Shown here: positions 1 through 12,126 of the stretch, piece by piece
How positions within the stretch are numbered: position 1 is the stretch's first letter
Layout: every line of letters begins with the position of its first letter
Source of the DNA: Squalus acanthias
Taxonomy: Eukaryota
Assembly (NCBI GenBank): GCA_030390025.1
Contig: CM059431.1
Location: forward strand, 112,222,001-112,286,000
Direction: 5' to 3'
Length of the DNA: 64,000 nucleotides
Position numbers and translations under genes: made by a program
Notes under the pieces: generated by a model
Told to the model about the DNA's origin: nothing
Database searches by the model: none
What the model saw: only the letters and a program-made list of their open reading frames with translations

Positions 1-1169
1 TCAAAAAAGAGACCGTGGCAATTATAACCAGTGATCTATGAATAATGCAGGTCTGCTTTCTAGCTCACTGACTTGCATTTCAATTTTAAAGCATAAAACA
101 TGACTTTGATTTTTCCCCAGGGGATGTTGGTGTTCGGCGTATGAAACAATATTACTTCAGTTCATTTGTCTGATCAAACCAAAGGCGCTGAATCTATTTT
201 AGGGAACTTGCAGCCAACAAGGAAGCTTAGCAGGAGCACTGTATGAAGCAACAGAAGTTATATTCCATATGGGCAGTAACATTTCCGTGCATTGATCTCA
301 GCAGCCAATGTTTTTCTCTCTAATGTGACACTTTTCTAATATAATAAAGACTCAAATTGACAACAGCTTTGACAAGACATTGGGAATTGACAATATTTAA
401 AAAAAAAATTCTTCCTCCAATTTTCTCCCTTCTTGAAGGAGCTGGCTTGTTGATGCATTGGGGTTCGTCCCAGGCTACCAGTGGGGGTAACAGCAACATA
501 AGCTAAGCAGCTGTATTTAGCTGCATAAAGCAAGTTAAAAACACCTTGTTTGCATGATCAAGCCATTCCATTTTCTGCACATGGACAACTGACAGCAACA
601 GAAGAGACCTGTGCAATTTTAGAGTGGTAATGTAAGACGTTCAGATTGTCTGACAGTTTATGGAGTTTAGACCCGTGGAACAGACAACTCCAGACAAAGA
701 TTTCAGGGTAAACTATTCTTTAATTAAAATCAGCAAGAGGTTACAAGTAAGTACCAAATACAAACCGTACTCAATTCATGTACTTATGACAAGCAAGCAC
801 TCACAAATCTAAATCATTTACTTTAAGCTCAAGTGATCATAAGCAACCACATACGTACTAACACCAGTGAAAGGTCAATTCAGCGATGACTAGACGTATG
901 ACTTTAACTGGCAACTGACCAAGTCGCCCACGACTGCAGCCACGAGTGTCAGTCTACAGCATCATTTATACCCCGAAACTTTACAACCCGCCCACGGCAT
1001 TTGTGTCCCGAACTGTGTGAATAATGTTGTTCTCTCTCTCTCTCACTTTCTCTCCGATCTGTTTTGACGTTTAGTTAACCAAGGCCAGACGCTCAGGGGT
1101 TGGAGAATGTCGTTGTTTTTCCATTTGCAGGTTGTTGACTCCCGGTTCTCACAGCATTTTCAAGATCTT

Positions 1170-2112
1170 GGGGGAAAAATTTGTTTACCTTGCGCCACGC
1201 GCTGCGGCACGTCGCGCCGCGGTATTGCAGGTCTTCCTCCCCTTCTTAAAGGGGAGGGGCCTTGCGCAGCGCGACCCGGGGCCCAGCTGGGCCCCCTGGG
1301 GATCGGGAGTGCCGGCAAAAGAGCCCGGCACTCAAGAGAAGTGCCGGGCTCATGGAGCGCAGCCGGCACTCCGCAGGGGGGGGGGGGGGGTGTCGGGTAA
1401 GGAGGCCAGGGACGGGAGCGGAGGCAGGTGCAGGCAGGTGGCCTAAGAGGGCGCTAACGGGGCGCAAAGCAACTAGCGCCTGGGCGCGGCGCCGCCAACG
1501 CCTCCCGCAAAATTCAGCGGGAGTTTAGCGGCGGCGGTAACCGGTAGCGCCCCGCGGTGCTGCGCCGCCAGCGATGACGTCATCGCCGTGTGCAGCGCCC
1601 CGGCCGCGATCTTGGGGAGCGCCCCCTGACTTACCGCCGGACACTATGTCCAACGGGATCAGGGGGGCCTACCTGCGGCCGGGGAGGCGCTATTTAAAGG
1701 CAAGGTGCAGGGTGGCCATTTTTGTTGCTGGCCACCTGCCAGCACCTGTCTCCGCTCCCGTCCCCGGCCTCCTTACCCGCCCCCCCGCGGAGTGCCGGCT
1801 GCGCTCTATGAGCCCGGCACTTCTCTTGAGTGCCGGGCTCTTTTGCCGGCACTTCCGATCCCCGGGGTCCCAGCTGAGCCCCGGGTCGCGCTGCGCAAGG
1901 CCCCTCCCCTTTAAGAAGGGGAGGAAGGCCTGCAAGACCGCGGCGCGACGTGATATTGACTCGCAGCGCCCCAAGAGGTAGGCGGGGCGCTTCCAGTAGC
2001 GCCCTGCTGCCCTCTTGGGGCGCTACTACTCAATTTCCGTCACGGGGGCGCTAATTTTTCCGGGGCGCTAGAAGTTAGTGCCCCAAAGGGGGCGCTACTC
2101 AATTTTTAGCCC
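1170..2112. mobile_element. Harbinger-type MITE with a long internal inverted repeat
   Basis: TIRs GGGGGAAAAATT / AATTTTTAGCCC; 3-bp TSD CTT/CTT; many (T)AGCGCC/GGCGCT motifs shared with the element at 2283-6444. Confidence 0.8.
1208..1952. repeat. Inverted repeat, arms about 230 bp (1208-1443 and 1730-1952)
   Basis: The arms are near reverse complements (CACGTCGCGCCGCGGT...GGCAGGTGGCC vs GGCCACCTGCC...ACCGCGGCGCGACGTG); the ORF track gives mirror peptides. Confidence 0.95.
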
Positions 2113-2642
2113 CTTATCTTTTGGAGGAAAAAAACCAGCTCACAAGCACATCACTTATTTTACAGATGTTTGAGCCAAGCAGTCTCTTGCCCTCAAAGCG
2201 TATCGGTACATTTGGTCACTTTAGATTCAGTCAAGTTTACCGTGGACAGTATATTGTTACAGTAGGATTCTCGAAAGTCTAGGGGGGAAAAATTAGGTCG
2301 TGCCCCGTTTGGGGCGCAAATATCGTCTGGACGCAAATATTAGCGCCTGGCGCTAATTATCGCCACTGACTGGAAACTTCACTTTTACCGCCCCGGGAGG
2401 TGAGTGGAGCGCTAAATCAGGCGCTGCACACCTGTCTTAAGGCGCAAAGGCCGAGCAGTGAGGCGCTAACTCAGCGCGCGAGCGCAGCGCAGGTGCTGCC
2501 AGTTAGCGAGGGAACTCAGACACACTGGCGCCGGCCAGTTCTTAAAGCGGGGGGGGGCCAACTTGCTCCCCAGCCACACCCTGCTCATTGCAGCCTTGAA
2601 TCTCGGCCTGGAGAGACCTGTGAATCCATTTTGCTGCCAAGG

Positions 2643-4462
2643 ATGGAGAGGGTGAGAAAACGAGCTCATCGCTTCACCGAGCGGGCCTTGGATGCTCTGG
2701 TTGGCGCGGTGGAGCGCAGAAGATGTATACTCTTCCCTGAGAGTGGCAGGAGGCCTTTGCCACGCGAGTACAGAAGAGTGTGGAGGGAGGTGGCTCAGAG
2801 CGTCTCCTCCAGGAGCATGGTGCCCAGGACTCATGTTCAATGCCGCAAAAAGTTCAACGACCTCACTCGGGTCGTCAGGGTGAGTGGCTTTTTCTCAATA
2901 CCTCTCCATCCCTCCATCTCAACCTCACTCTATGGCCAGAGGGTCTTAAAACCCCAATGCACAACACTCATCCAACACCTATGGCCCTTTCATGAAACAC
3001 ACACACACATTCCACACTTTGCATACAGTAAGGGCTATTCACCTATGGGAGGCACATCAGGCAAGACCATGGCTGCATACAGTAAGGGCTATTCAGCTAT
3101 GGGAGGCACATCAGGCAAGACCATGGCTGTATATTTACTCAGATGCTGTCCTTTTTCTTGCAGGCCAAGCTGGCGCATAATAGGAGACAGCAGCAACGGA
3201 CAGGTGGAGGGCGGCCTCAGCTGCAACCCCTCAGCGATCTTGAGGAGCGCGTCCACAGGATTGTGGCAAGCCGGGTGATCGGTCCCGTCGCCACTGGAGA
3301 CGCCGACCCCGTTCTGGACAGCAATGGTAAGGTCATCACCTTTTTGTCCTCTGTCCTTCCACTTGTCCCTCACAACACCAGCCTTTGACACTTTCAATGC
3401 AACTTGCTAACTCGCTGCACTTATTCCTCCCTTACTGCCACCCTGTCCTCACACTAAAGCCACTCTTGTACCTCCCTGCTTTCAGATGGTGATTCACCAG
3501 CTGAGGAGACGGGCCCTGAAGCTGCCACTGGGAGTGAAGCTGCAGCCGAGGAGGAAGAGGAAGCCGGAGCATCAGTGCCACCCTCTCCCGAGGAAGCCCA
3601 TGCCCACACTGGGAACACGCCTTCCCTGGAGGGGAGCAGGGGGGAAGGGTCTGATGAGGGTGAAGCTCCAGGACCCAGCGGGCTGCAGCAACGCCATGGG
3701 GGTAGGGAAGAATGGGGGCCTTCTCCCCAGAGGGAGAGTATGCCAGAGACTCCTACTGCGATGGACGCAGAGGAGGAGCGGCTGATCGCAGAAATGAACA
3801 CCCAGGCGGTGGGCATGCACACTGAGCTCATGGGTGCAGTGGGAAGGGTGCCCGAATGCATTGAGTCACTGGCAAGGAGTGTGGAGCACTTCGCTGTAGC
3901 ACAGGCGGATGCCACACTAACGCTTAGTGCTGCAATTCAGTCACTGGCTGCCGTGATCCCATCTCTGACTGCTCTCATGCAGACTCAGATTGAGGCCACG
4001 CGAGCACAGACTGCTGCCAATCTCGATGGTTCGTTCACATGTCCCCGGGGCTCTCACCGCGCCGCAGCAGGCCAGCAATCTGTGCTCCAGCAGATTGCTC
4101 TGGATGCTGAAGTGCTGCCCCGTGGGAGTGCCAGTGTGTCGGTCGAGCAGGGAGTTGCTGTCCTCTCTCACGATGACAGCATTCCTGCTGCCAACACTGT
4201 CACTTCTCCACTGCACTTGCCACCGCCTGTAGGACAGACTGCTGCCGCCCATGCAGAGTTGGTGCAGTCTGCAGCCGGGCCCTCCAGGCCCAGAAGTGGT
4301 CGAGGCCGTCCTTCAGGGGCATCTGCAGTGTCAGGGTCTGACGATCAGCAGCCTTCCACCAGCCTTGCTGCAGCCACTGAGGTCCCATTACGGAGGAGCA
4401 GTAGGGTTAGAAGGGGGGAAGTGCGCAAGGGAAGGAGATCACCCTCGAAGGGCAAAAAGTAG
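2643..4462 (+). CDS. Harbinger Myb/SANT-like DNA-binding protein, 3 exons (2643-2879, 3164-3326, 3486-4462), 458 aa, open
   Basis: MERVRKRAHRFTERALDALV..WREVAQSV..RTHVQCRKKFNDL Myb/SANT motif; GTGAGT and GTAAGG donors; TTGCAG and TTTCAG acceptors; spliced length 1377 nt in frame; exon 2 has the RTGGG motif typical of this family. Confidence 0.88.
3021..3128 (+). repeat. 54-bp tandem duplication in intron 1 of the Myb gene
   Basis: GCATACAGTAAGGGCTATTCA(C/G)CTATGGGAGGCACATCAGGCAAGACCATGGCT twice, one mismatch. Confidence 0.9.
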
Positions 4463-4774
4463 GAGGTGTGACAAAATGCTGGTCATTTTTTTATTAAAGG
4501 CCGAGGTTCGTGGTCCAACTTTTGTTTAGTGTTTTGGACATTATCTCCAGGTTGTGAGAACCAGTTATGTTATTGACTGTTTTTTTGTGTTTATTTCTAT
4601 GAGTTTGTCATGAGGAAATGACACACACAGAGTTTGTAAAATAAATAAGTTTTTGTATTCAAAATATACATGTTTGGTGTTTGGAATTATTGGTGCCTTG
4701 GCCGGCTTAGGGGTTGCGTGCTGGGTTCATTGATGTTGTTAGCAACGGCAGAAGCCATTTCCACAGCAGGGGCC

Positions 4775-5935
4775 CTAGAAGCGGCTTGCTATTAGCCGTT
4801 GACGGACGGCCCTTTCAGTTTCACCATTGTGGGCCGCCCTCCCGCCTTGGTGCTGCTGATTATCATCCTCCTCGTCCTCTTCCTCCTCTTCCTCCTCCTC
4901 CTCTGGTGGTGCTCCAAGGCCTGGTGGCATTGGCTGGGTCCTGACGATTGCCATGTTATGCAACATGCAGCACACAACTACGAAGTTGGATACTCACTCA
5001 GGCGAGTACTGCAGGGTTCCTCCAGAATGGTCGAGACAGCGGAACCGTTGCTTCAGCATGCCGATTGTGCGCTCAATGATGTTCCTGGTAGCTTGATGGC
5101 TCTCATTGTACCGCAGCTCAGCAGGGGTGTTGGGCGTACGGAGCGGTGTCATCAGCCAGGTGCTCAATGGATACCCCTTGTCCCCGAGAAGCCAACCAAC
5201 TGGCTGATGCGGTGCCTCGAAAAGTTCTGCCACAGTAGTCTGGCACAGGATAAAAGCATCGTGGCAGCTGCCAGGATAGTGGGCATTGACAGCGAGTATC
5301 AGCTGTCTGTGGTCACAGACCAACTGAACATTCAAGGAATGGAACCCCTTTCTGTTCCGGAATTCCTCGGCATTCTCATGTGGAGCACGCAAAGCCACAT
5401 GCGTGCAGTCAATGGCGCCCTGCACCATGGGGAAGCCCGTTATCCTCGCAAAGCCCAGAGCGCGGTCACGCTGCTTGTCTGGGGTCATGGGGAAAGAGAT
5501 GAACTCTCGTCTCCTTTTAAAGAGGGCATTTGTGACCTGCCGGATGCAGCAATGCACCGCGAACTGGGAGATATTGGCGAGGTCCCCAGCAGCAGCTTGA
5601 AATGAGCCAGTAGCATAGAAGTTGAGAGCCACTGTGACCTTCACTGCCACCGACAGAGACGTCCTGGACCTCAGTTGAGGCTGCAGATCTGGCTGCAGCA
5701 GGTGGCAGAGCTCAGTGACCACCTCCTTGCTGAATCGCAGCCTTCGCAAACACAGCTCCTCAGACATATGAATGTAGGAGAGCTGTTCACGATATACCCT
5801 GGGAGGGTAAGCTCTCCTGTACATATGCCTGTTGGCCCTCCTCCGTCTGGCCATCATTGCCACTCTCTCTCTGCGTCTCTGTGTCCTCCGATTCAGCTGG
5901 AGCAGGACGACGCCCCCAATCAGTGCAGCCCCCAT
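4775..5935 (-). pseudogene. Harbinger (HARBI1-like) DDE transposase, 386 codons, single in-frame TGA at 4994-4996
   Basis: Motifs [53 protein letters not shown]; the frame continues past the stop as VSNFVVVCCMLHN plus an acidic tail. Confidence 0.92.
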
Positions 5936-6883
5936 AGTCTCTTTGCAAGCAAAGTAATGAAGGACAGCAACCAAAGTAGCAGCGAAGTTAGGATCAGTAG
6001 GCAAAACTACCTCACAAAGCGTTGACTCAATGCAGAAGTCTCTCTTTCTCTCTCTCCGAATCTCTCTCTCTCTCAGAACGAGTGGTGCAAAAATGTCAAC
6101 CACAGAAAAAGACAGGAAGAGGCCCCCTTTAAATAGCGCCCCCCCCAGCCCCACAGCGATTGATAGCGTTCCAGTCTTCCGGTCGTTGGATGCGCCAGGC
6201 GGTAAGGCAGGGGGCGCCACTCAATTTCCGCTCCGGGGCGCCACAAGGGCGTTGCACCATGGAATGATGTCACAATCTGCACGCGCAGGTGGTCACGGCG
6301 GTAAGGTTTAGCGCCGCCGCACAATGTCTAGTTAAGTTCCCGACCGGCGCAAACATCGCTGCGCCCGGGCGCTAGCGGCTTTGCGCCCCATTAGCGCCCT
6401 CTTAAGGCGCTAACGGGAGGCGCAACCAACTGAATTTTTACCCCTAGAGGTTGTATACTGTATCCATGTACACATTGCCGTGGTCTAAGTCAATAGGAAA
6501 TAATTCCACTCTATAAATGTTCAGCTTGTTTGCAGCCATTAGCATCAGATTATGCAAGTCAATGCTTGCCTCCCAAACAGCTGTCACAATCTTTTCATTG
6601 TAAGGCAATCCCCTGTTCACTAATATTTGACCCATACAGGCACGTTTCAAGGTGGCCCTTGGGCAATCAAGACTATTTCCTAGAACCATAGCTCATAGCA
6701 TCTCCGTGGTACCGAAGGACATAAGCTGAGCACAGATATACATTCACCAAATAAATCATTCAGCACACCATTGATATTTTAAAGCAGAGCTTTAGGTGCC
6801 TGGATAGATCTGGGATTGTCTTGCAATGCAGTCTGACAAAGGGTTCAAAGATCATGCTAATCAGTATGCTGCACAGCTTTGAC

Positions 6884-7331
6884 CATAGGAACAGGAGTTG
6901 GCCATTCAGCCTCTTGAATGTTTCGCCATTCACTTAAATCATGGCTGATCTGTACCTCGCCTTTGTTCCACATCCCTTGATGCCCTTACCTAACAAAAAT
7001 CTGCCGCTCTCAGTCTTGAAAATTTCAATTGGCCCAACAGCCTTTTGGGGGAACAAGTTCTAGATTTCCACTACCCTTTGTGTGAATAACTGCTTCCTGG
7101 TTTCACCCCTGAATGGCCCAGCTCTAATATTAAGATAGTGCCCTCTTGTTCTGGATTCCCCCACCAAAGGAAATAGTTTCTCTGTATCTACCCTTTATCA
7201 AAACCCCTTTATCATTTTAAATGCCTGGATAGATCACCCCTGAATTTTCTAAACTCAATGGAATACAAGCCAAGTATATGCAATCTGTCCTCATAATTCA
7301 ATCCTTTAAGCCCTGGTATCATTCTGGTGAA
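6884..7331 (-). mobile_element. CR1 LINE 3' fragment
   Basis: CR1-type 3' tail (CATAGGAACAGGAGTTGGCCATTCAGCC) and degenerate RT C-terminus, similar to other CR1 ends in the window. Confidence 0.7.
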
Positions 7332-8049
7332 TATAACTGTCATCTGAGCTGCAAGATTACAGCTGTGTAATCACTCCAGTGAAGTATACTATTTATATGT
7401 TTTTGACACTGGCTACTCTGACCACTGTACTTGCCACTTGTCTGCTGCTGTTTCAGTGGAGGCATAAGCCACTGGCACAAACCAAATATTTATATATCTA
7501 CCTATTTTTAAAGTCTTGCATGTAGCGAACACATCCTGTAAGTATCATACTTACTTCTTGTGATATTTTCCCTGTCACATTTTGTTGATATCCCTATTAT
7601 TATAAAACAGCACATCCTTTGACTTACCGTGTGCAATAACGTGGGGCATTTGCTGGTATCATACTACGAGTGTTGATTAATAGTTGATCACAGGCAAATA
7701 ATATGCTTACAATATTTTCTAATGCATTAGAGTGGTGGGAGTTAATCTGCAGGGTCAGCCTGCTCTAAGCTCTGTTTTGGAGCTCCTTTATTGGCCTCTT
7801 GTAGAAGTTGCCGATTCATTGTGGTTTTTTTATATCTTTATTTTGAATTTAGTTTTTTTTGTTGGTCTCTGCCAATATTCTAAACAGTTGGGTTGTCTCT
7901 TCTTTTGACACCCTCATCCTCACCAGATTCGTCATGGTTTCCCAGTCACATTGCTCCGCCTGTCCATCTTTGGGGACCTCAAATTTGAGAACTGCAGGAT
8001 TGAGCATACATGATCATCCACTGCCAGATCTAGCTTGGCCATATTAAGC

Positions 8050-8845
8050 ATGATTTTCCCTGTCTCTCTGCCAAAAATTCTTCCTACTATTCCAGCATCA
8101 TCCTAGATTGTAAGGATATGCCAAATTCCTTCTCCACAATAAATTGCCTCCTTTGACCTCTCTCCCTTTTCCCATCCAACTCCCCTTCTCCCACTGGGTG
8201 CAAGAAACACTATTAATTTCTTTGTTTTCAAAACTGAAACCATTGATTTCAGTTGCTTCAGTCTCCTGTTGCCCAAATGTCTCCCCTTCCCCAGTCCTGG
8301 CCACAGAATATTCTGCAATTTCTCTACTATCTTGATCCAAACACTCAGCTCCATGTAGCCCATTTCCTGCTCCCTCGACCTTCTCCAGCCTACTCAAATA
8401 ACTCACTGGCCCAATGCTTCTGACATTGTTAAGTGTTCCCTTTCCACAGGCACTGTTCTCCTCCAATAAAAAAAACACACCCTTGGCCCACTGTGCTTGC
8501 TATCTACCACACCATTTCCAACCTTCCCTTCCCTTCCTTCCCAAGGACCTTGAATGTATCATCATTCAAACTGCACCTTTGCTCCTCTCAGTTTGGACTT
8601 CATGCATCCTCTCCATGTCTTCAGCCATCTGAAGAGCCCTGCATTCTGGAATTCTCTTCCCAAGCTCCCCACCTTGTTATATCTCTCCTCACTTTCAAAA
8701 GCCGCTTTTAAACCTATCTCTTTGACTGTGCCTTCAGTCACTCCCCCTAATCATCTCACATTACCTGCTCAGTGCCCATTACCTTGCCTCCTATTGTAAA
8801 GTCCTTTGGAATATTTCACTGCATTAAATATGCTGTATAAGTATA
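8050..8845 (+). mobile_element. Old L2-like LINE 3' fragment
   Basis: Pyrimidine-rich degenerate RT C-terminus (CTGGAATTCTCTTCCC..TTCAAAAGCCGCTTTTAAACCTATCTCTTTGAC) and an L2-like tail. Confidence 0.5.
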
Positions 8846-9145
8846 TGTTTTTGTTATCTGGTGGTACTAAACTTTAGTAATTTTTTCCCCAACGTATTCT
8901 TAGAGTACATTTGTGAAATGTAATGGTTACTTTTCTACTTTAGTTGAGTATATCGTGTGTGTGTTTGAGATGGTTTGATACATTGACCAAAACTGTAGAA
9001 AATCATTGTGAAATCACAAATTTGACATTGCCTCATTTTCCGGCATTGTTTTAATTGCACAATACAATGCAACAAGAAGGATGTGTGTTCATTATTTAGT
9101 CATCCAGCTGAAAAATTGGTGAGATGTGAAGTGAAATTCAAAAGA

Positions 9146-9716
9146 AAAGAAAGACTTGCATTTATAGATCAACAATGTCTGCTTTCACCTTCTTCCTCGG
9201 GAGCCCGTTTCATAGATTTACCACTCGCTCATTGAAATAATAAAAGAAAGAAGAGAAAGACTTGCATTTATATAGCACCTTTCACGACCTCAGGACGTCT
9301 CAAAGCGCTTTACAGCCAATGAAGTACTTTTGAAGTGCAGTCATTGTTGTAGTGTAGGAAACGTGGCAGCCAATTTGCACACAGCAAGCTCCCACAAACA
9401 GCAATGTGATAATGACCAGATAATCTGGTTTTTTTAGTGATGTTGGTTGAGGGATAAATATGGGCCAGGACACCAGAGATAACTCCCCTGCTCTTCTTCG
9501 AAATAGTGCCATGGGATCATTTACATCCACCTGAGAGAGCAGACGGGGCCTCGGTTTGACGTCTCATCTGAAAGACGGCACCTCCGACATGCAGCACTCC
9601 CTCAGTACTGCACTGGAGTGTCAGCCTAGATTATGTTCTCAAGTCCTGGAGTAGGACTATGAACCCACAACCTTCTGACTCAGAGGTGAGGATGCTACCA
9701 ACTGAGCCACGGCTGA
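9146..9716 (-). mobile_element. Deu-domain (SacSINE1-like) SINE with appended CR1 piece and second tail
   Basis: SINE body 9255-9716 (minus strand: CAGTACTGAGGGAGTGCTGC..GATGAGACGTCAAACCGAGGCCCC, tail ATAAATGCAAGTCTTTC); CR1-like segment 9171-9245; repeated tail 9146-9168. Confidence 0.8.
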
Positions 9717-9729
9717 GACATAATTTATT

Positions 9730-10481
9730 GGGCCAGAAATTCGGGTCTCCACGGGTGAGTACACACTGGGTACTCACCCATAGACCCAACGAAAGTGCCG
9801 GTTTCGCGCATGCGCTGGAAATCAGAACTTCCGTTCCCCTGAAGGAAGGGGTTCAGAGGTCAAACGCGTGCGCCGGAGAGGCAGCGCGCACGCAGCGAAC
9901 TTTGTTTTTTTTTTCAGGTTTCTCCGTGAGGGTAAGTATGGAGAAGCTGCGCAGGAAAAAGGAGGCGCAAGGCCTGCTTTTAACAAGGTAAGTGGTGAAT
10001 TAAGTACAATTTAAACATTTTTTCAACAGGTTTATCTTTTTTACATACTTTAAAGAAAGGTAAGTTTATTTTTAGCACCGTTAAAAAGTGTAATTAATTT
10101 TTTCAAAAATTTAAATTTTTGTTTAAAGTAGTTAATTTATGTAATTTATAGTTATTTTAAAAATGTGATTTAAAAAAAAATGTATTTGAAGTTTTAGTGA
10201 GGTTTTGGGGCTGATCTCTATTCATAGATTTGACAGGTCTTCCTGTCAAAATCTATGAATGAAGATTCCCTGCTCCGATTGGCTCTCCATGGCCCACGTG
10301 ATCCCAGGGGACGCTTCGAACTAACTGTGCCCCTGGGATACGCAAGCACTGCGCGCCGGCAGCTGCAGGAGGCCCAGGAGCCGAATTCCTCGTGGGCCCG
10401 AAGCACAACGGCAGGCACGGTATGTAAGTACGCACGCGATTCTTGCACCCGCGGGAAGCCGGAGAGCCGAATTTCTGGCCC
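9730..10481. mobile_element. Harbinger-type MITE
   Basis: Perfect 15-bp TIRs GGGCCAGAAATTCGG / CCGAATTTCTGGCCC; flanks ATT/AAT; AT-rich core; internal hairpin near 10219-10260. Confidence 0.8.
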
Positions 10482-11950
10482 AATGTGACCAGAATGGGGT
10501 TTTGGTATTCTGTGTTCTGATTGGCCAATTCCTTTGCAAAATGGCACTGCACCTGGAAATGTGTGTTGATAGTTTCGGTCTTCGACCAATTGTTTCCTTG
10601 CCATGATAACAAGTGGAGGGTTAATGTACAAGGAGATTTTTTTTATTTTGACTGTTTTGCTAGGTAAGTCTGAGAAAACTTGGAGTTAGATCAACTGAAA
10701 CAGTGAGTTTGTTTTTATACATGTTGGGAAACCAAAGTGAAGAGCAAAAGCTCACAATGTAGAAAATCACCAACGTTGAAAAGAAAGAAAGAAATGACAA
10801 GGTAAATCTGGAAACAGAAATGATGTGAAGCCAGGTTTCGGTTTTAAAAACCTAAAAATGTGGGAGGAACAAAGGATGATAGGAAGTTCCACTGTTTTCA
10901 AATTGAGGGAAAGAGCAGGAGATTGTATGACGAATATGGTTTTAACACAGTGGCGATGTAGGACGGAGGAAGAATGTGTAAGATGGCATATTAGGAAAAG
11001 CAAGGGAGGGAAGTTGAGATGAGCATTGACTGTTGTATCAATAAAATAGAGAGAGATGAGAAAAGTTGCACGCACCAGAGAGAAAAAAAAGAGTGAGAAA
11101 GAGATCACCTATTGGATGGTGAGCTTTTCCTTGTACTCTGTCCAGATGTGTGGAAGAAGTGCTTGAAGAGCCTCACCAGATGTGGGTACCATATCCAAGT
11201 CTTGGATAGGCTTGGACTTAATAGAGTTAACAATTGTTGAAACCAAAAGTGTTTGGCATGAAACTGAAAAAATTAGCTCCTTGGAGGTGGCTTCAGCATT
11301 GAAGGAGATGTGAAAATTCCCTTTGTTAAAAGGGATCAAGAATGTTGATAGATGAAGAAAGAGTAAAGGTGGAGCCATCATAGGTGAGAACTGCAGCTCT
11401 AGGGTTGACTTGAGAGATGCAAAGCAATTGTCTCTTTGAAGAATTAAAAGAAACAAAATGTTCATCATCCTCACTGAAGGTGATGGAAGAGAGCAAAATA
11501 AAATAATTAGGCCATTGGTCTGTGAGGCGACTGCCACACTGAGGATTTATACGATCTGAAGGAAGTTGTCAAATATAGAATAGAACTAGCAAAACAATGG
11601 ATAAGGTTAGATGATGGATAAGTACAATATTGATATGAAGAGGTAATCAGGACCAGGTTGTGGAGAATCCCTGAGTTAGAGGAAGATGAGACGTCAACGA
11701 CAACACGAATATTGGGACTTGAATGAAAACGCGATGACCATGAATAAAGTTTGGGTGGAAGACCTTATCATCACAAATTATTTAGAAATGCATGGTGCCA
11801 GATTCTGTCAAAGACTTTGGAGATGCCCAGAACATTGATATGTTTGTAAGGGATATTTTAGTGATTAATATAATCACTAATACAGACAGTAATTATGGGA
11901 GATGTGTTACCTGGTAAAATAATCACTGTGAATGAATCCACTTCATGTTC

Positions 11951-12018
11951 CGACACGGACTCGGTGGGCCGAATGGCCTCCTTCTGTGCCGTTATGACTA
12001 TGACTTATGACTCTATGA
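11951..12018 (+). mobile_element. CR1-type 3' terminal fragment
   Basis: GGGCCGAATGGCCTCCTTCTGTGCC followed by (CTATGA)n-like tail. Confidence 0.65.
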
Positions 12019-12126
12019 CCAGTCCGATGCAAGGGACCTTCATCAGCTGACTCTCTCTAGACTACTGCACACTATGCAAAAGCAATATGTAAATTCGCTT
12101 CAATCAGGTACTGTACAAGACTCACC

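Larger units (their letters stand above)
631..2261. mobile_element. Putative solo LTR interrupted by a MITE
   Basis: Starts TGTAA (631) and ends TTACA (2261); flanks GTAA/GTAG are a 3-of-4 match; non-coding. No second copy in the window. Confidence 0.35.
2283..6444. mobile_element. PIF/Harbinger DNA transposon A, full length, two convergent genes
   Basis: 12-bp TIRs GGGGGAAAAATT / AATTTTTACCCC; TSD TAG/TAG (2280-2282, 6445-6447); encodes a Myb-like protein (+) and a DDE transposase (-). Confidence 0.95.

Noticed and set aside
1107..1981. Many overlapping 65-135 aa ORFs
   Set aside because: They arise from a GC-rich palindromic MITE, give mirror peptides and show no domain motifs.
2400..3278. 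292-aa ORF as a single-exon gene
   Set aside because: Only 2643-2879 is Myb exon 1; the rest is upstream sequence and intron read-through, as shown by splice sites and homology to elements B and C.
4994..4996. TGA as selenocysteine or programmed read-through
   Set aside because: Sister transposases have Arg here, so CGA>TGA deamination is the simpler explanation.
4799..5605. 268-aa plus-strand ORF with a hydrophobic stretch
   Set aside because: Antisense shadow of the transposase; the Leu-rich run mirrors the (GAG)n acidic tail.
4775..5935. Domesticated host HARBI1/NAIF1 genes
   Set aside because: The genes lie within TIRs and a TSD and have several decayed relatives in the window.
5936..6220. 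N-terminal extension of the 408-aa transposase ORF
   Set aside because: It starts at a non-ATG codon, spans the TATA-like box and a (GA)n tract; ATG at 5935 (MGA..) matches the starts of transposases B and C.
10740..11940. Purine-rich stretch, possibly an ancient minus-strand LINE
   Set aside because: No unambiguous RT motif could be read.
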